Of a stretch of 64,000 nucleotides of DNA, positions 62,070 through 64,000 are shown piece by piece. Source of the DNA: Podarcis cretensis (lineage: Eukaryota). The notes beneath the pieces were generated by a model. The model saw nothing but the letters and a program-made list of their open reading frames with translations. It did no database searches and had not been told where the DNA came from. The stretch lies in contig OX638152.1 of assembly GCA_951804945.1 (NCBI GenBank), forward strand, positions 30,566,001-30,630,000. Reading direction: 5' to 3'. A program made the translations under genes and the position numbers. The stretch's first letter is position 1. Every line of letters begins with the position of its first letter.

Positions 62070-62140
62070 ATGGGTGGCAGGACTGGAGCTAATGGGTGGA
62101 CATTGCAGGGAAGCAGATTTCTTCTAAACATTGAAAAAAA
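62070..62140 (+). mobile_element. CR1 ORF2 fragment
   Basis: GRTGANGWTLQGSRFLLNIEK resembles CR1 RTRSNG.KLQ..RF.LNIRK. Confidence 0.7.
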
Positions 62141-64000
62141 ATCTGGTAACCTTACCCAAGGGCCTGATAGAGAGCACTGGAAGGTTGCTTCTGGGCCCCA
62201 GGTCTTAGGTCCCATCCCCGCTACATGCACACATATCTCAGTTCTATTTTTCTTTTCTTACTCCCACTGGGGTGTGACAAAGATAGAAAGCACAGATAAC
62301 TTTATTATTAGCATTCAGACTGAATACTTCATTGAGGAGGACACAAGGCTCCGCATGTCAGTGATTCATTATTTTTTCATGGAAGCTGTTGTTTCTGTGA
62401 TTCCTTAACGGGTTGTTTCTGTTGCTCTTTCCCCTCCCCTGCCACGGCATCCTAGCTGTTGCTATGGAGAGGGTTACGGATAAGTAAAGCCAAATGAGGT
62501 CACTCACTGTCATATGCACATGGGACCTGCCTGCCCACTGCTGCTACTAGGGCCATTCTGTTCCTCTCCCTGCATTTCCCTTCCATTTCTGGAGACGGAC
62601 AGCTATGGACGGAGTTAGGCAAAAATCAGCAAAATGTGGGTGGGGGTGGAGCTGTTGTTCGTTTTTAGTAAATCTGGAGTTTCATTTTGGTTTATATAGA
62701 ATTTGGGGAGCAAGTTTTTCCTGCCACAAGTTCCTTTTTCAGGTTGATTCTTCTATAAATGTAGATAGACTATGGACATTTTGACCTATCCCCAGTGTTG
62801 GGTTTTTGTTCAGGGTAATATATTTTGTAGGGTTTTGTTTTGTTTGTTTTTTTGTTTACATGGTGGAGCAAGAAGCTTAGGGAAGAGACCTGGCACAGAG
62901 CAGTTGGGATTCGGTTAATCTGCTTAGAAATACATTAATCGTGGGGATCAGATGCTGTCAACAATACTCTCTGCCCTCGCCATGTTTCCCTCTCGTCCGT
63001 TCCCACCCTCTCCGTCTGTTCCTACCCTTCGCCCTTCTTGTCCTATTTCCAGGCTGTGAAAGTCAGTGGGTAATGAGGCACAAGGAGATTAAAGGCAAAT
63101 TAACAAATAAAATATTAATCCGAGATCTAAATGGAAATTAAAAAATGTGCTTTAGGATATTTATTTAAAAGACAGACACACATACAAAAAAAGCATGCAA
63201 TTTTAGGCAAAGTGGATGCAATCATAGTTTTCCTGGAAAGTGCTTAGGCAACAGGCAGTTTGCAGCAGAAAACTAAATCCTCACTGTTTACCTCTACAGA
63301 AGGTTCAGTGCAGGACAGAGTTATTCTGTTTAAGTCTCTTCTTTTGCCTGCATTGGTGTGTTACATTATCCAGGTTTAGCATCCAGTCAAGGCAACATCA
63401 GACCACCTTTGCTTCAGTGGATTTTTCACTTTTGAAAGGAACTGATGACAAATATGGAGGCCCTTAGAGCAGGGACGACTAAGTTGTGGCCCTTCATATG
63501 TTGCTGAGCTGCAACACCCCATCAGCCCCTTGTATTCACCTTGATGATAGGGTTAAAGTGGCATTTTGAAAGCACCTTGCAGGACATTAAAGGGTATGTT
63601 TACAAGAAGCTACAGGTGCCTAGCACAGAAAGACTGCCTGTGCACAGATGTCATTCCACCAGAAGAGAAACGCTGAGTTAAGCAACTTTGCAAATTCCTG
63701 CATCTTGGCTTCATCCCAGAAAGAAGCAGCAATAAGCCAATAATAACCTTCACTTTAGCATGTGCCTTCCAATTGGCCCAGCATACTAAAGCTGCACTGC
63801 TAGTGACATCACAGGAGACTTGACATTAGACCCCCCAAACAGCATAGTTCAACCCGTGAACTCTGCAGAGAAAGCGGGGGGGGGGGGGGCAGAGAACCAA
63901 AGGAAGAAGGGAAGAAGTTGGCTTTAGTACAAGATTGCTAAACCAATTTGGTTGGGAACAGGATATAGTTCACACCTTTACACAAAGGTTTTCATTATGT

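Overview
This is vertebrate genomic DNA, almost certainly from a squamate and probably a lacertid lizard, judged from a full-length Sauria/Squam1 SINE and the CR1, L2, RTE and MITE content. It reads as a large intron or gene desert, and I could not recognise any host protein-coding gene. The long ORFs are transposon remnants or low-complexity artefacts; one possible 114-nt in-frame exon lies at 20310-20423. The window holds CR1, L2 and RTE-X-like LINE fragments, tRNA- and MIR-type SINEs, hAT and Tc1/pogo MITEs with readable TIRs/TSDs, microsatellites and several homeodomain-motif-rich stretches that look like conserved non-coding elements. The most notable items are: (1) an internally deleted Ty1/copia element with the diagnostic GGTTATGGGCCCAG PBS, near-identical LTR segments and a CTCF consensus site; (2) a probable 5S-rRNA-headed, CR1-tailed SINE; (3) an RTE 5'UTR-derived non-autonomous element with a pseudoknot (candidate ribozyme); (4) a decayed DIRS RT/RNase H with a CR1 and a MITE nested inside; (5) a 1.24-kb hAT MITE with a fold-back minisatellite. 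No prokaryote-type or CRISPR system is present. Family assignments come from recalled consensus motifs, not searches, and boundaries of decayed elements are approximate.
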